Assembly (NCBI RefSeq): GCF_037042905.1
Contig: NC_087251.1
Coordinates: forward strand, 3,722,001 to 3,786,000
Reading direction: 5' to 3'
DNA: 64,000 nt
From: Lytechinus pictus
Taxonomy: Eukaryota
Positions 62,561 to 64,000 of this stretch are shown here, piece by piece. The stretch's first letter is position 1; every line of letters begins with the position of its first letter. The position numbers were made by a program, and so were the translations under genes. A model generated the notes under the pieces. That model was not told the DNA's origin. It saw only the letters and a program-made list of their open reading frames with translations, and searched no databases.

Positions 62561-64000
62561 CAGGGGCGGATCCAGCTTCCGCCAATAGGGAGGGGGGGGG
62601 GGGCCGAATTTTTTTTTCACCCATATTTTCCCCGATCGGCTCAAAGTTGATTTTTGTTTTTTTCTTTGAAGGGGCTGTCCCAGTGGCGTAATGATCCACA
62701 AATTTTGAGGGGGCTCGATACGGGGTATTGCGCAAAATTAATAAATTGCGAGTGAGCAAGCAAAAATGTTAATATTTTTATTACAAAAATAAAAGTTTGT
62801 GAGAAAAAAATAGGCCTATATTTCTTTCTTATCCTTTTCCTTTCTCTTTTTTTCTTGGTCGTGAAATATTGGGGGGGGGGGGGGGCGAAACACCCATGTC
62901 CTAACAGTAATTTCTTAGCTTTATTCTTATTAAACAACATAAGAGTGTAATAATCTCTATAAGCCCTATTTTAGACATTTTTGGAGTTTCATGTATTTTG
63001 TCCTGAAAATTGAACATTCTGGGCAATGTTTGTAAACCTGAACAAGATGCGTTTGTTACTAGATAATTACTGCGAGCGCGAAGCGCGAGCCGAAATTTTT
63101 AATATAGGTTCTGGCTTGATCGAAAAGGGACCTGTTAAGGACGTTTTGTAGTTGGCCATTAAGACGATGCATATTTTAACTATTAAATAATGCGAGCGCG
63201 AAGCTCGAGCTGAAAAATTTTGACATTCCGACCTAAAAATTTGACATTCTAAATTTTGTAATCATTCCCGGTTTAGGTAAATAAAATACCAAACAATTGA
63301 TGCGAGCGCGGAGCGTGAGCGGAAAAAAAAGAGATTTCAGAACTAAAAATGGGACACCTTATTCATGTTTTATTAATCATGAAAAAGAATGGGTAATTTG
63401 GTATATTGCTACATTAATAATGCGAGCGCAAAGTGCGAGCAAAAAAAATTTATGTTCTGATCTGAAACTGGACAATTTAAGCACGTTTTGAATAAAGATC
63501 AAGCTGCGTATTTCAATAAACAGGTGTGCGCGTGTTTTAGAGTTAGACAGAATCTTGGCATCCTGAATACATTTCATTTTTTTATCATGAAAATCAATAA
63601 TGCGAGCGCGAAGCGCGAGCGGAAAATATTTGATCCGGTATGAAAAGGGTGAATTTAAGCACTATCTTACGCACTGTGTAGGGGAATTGTAAAGTGGATG
63701 TGGATAGCACTTAATAACTGATGCGAGTACGAAGCGTGAGCTGATATTATTATTATTATTCTTTTGACCTAGGACCTGGACATTCTAGGCATAAGGACAT
63801 TTTTTAATCACATGAAAATGATGACTGTCTTCCTATTCCTCTTCCTAAGCGCGATATGAAACTTGTCGATATTCCTTTCTGAAAAAGGGGCAATTATAGG
63901 AATTCATGAAAATTTCATTACCATATTTATCAATGTGATGAGAGAGTGAAATTTGTTGACATTGAGGCCTGAAAACTAGATACATTAGTTTAAGCACTTT
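62561..64000 (+). mobile_element. CAGGGGCGGATCCAG-family repeat, paralog of 22527-23900, with nested MITE fragment (62682-62900); runs off the window
   Basis: Colinear similarity with 22527 onward; six GCGAGCGCGAAGCGCGAGC-type motifs. Confidence 0.72.

Overview
Eukaryotic, AT-rich, very repeat-dense genomic DNA. The repeat families (TU-like foldback element, Tsp/DINE-1-like elements, CR1 LINE, poly-G MITEs) suggest a sea urchin; this is inference. Host genes: (i) a complete 10-coding-exon STYX pseudophosphatase gene on + (24634..48649, about 209 aa, catalytic Cys replaced by Gly in HGNAGISR); (ii) a single-exon 389-aa uncharacterised coiled-coil ORF (57329..58498). Most other sequence is nested mobile DNA whose termini and target-site duplications (TSDs) can be read directly. 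Highlights: (1) A full-length CR1 LINE whose ORF1 (restored by removing a 551-bp MITE) and ORF2 are in the same frame. They are separated only by a TGA-CTA leaky-stop context, and ORF2 has no ATG before its first endonuclease motif, so programmed readthrough to an approximately 1469-aa fusion is a candidate. (2) A 13.1-kb palindrome filling most of a STYX intron, with an identity gradient and an inner duplicated hairpin. (3) A 4-kb TU-like foldback element with mirrored 15-bp repeat arrays and an 8-bp TSD. (4) Multi-level TE nests, with empty sites visible in paralogous copies. Most short ORFs in the track are repeat artefacts.
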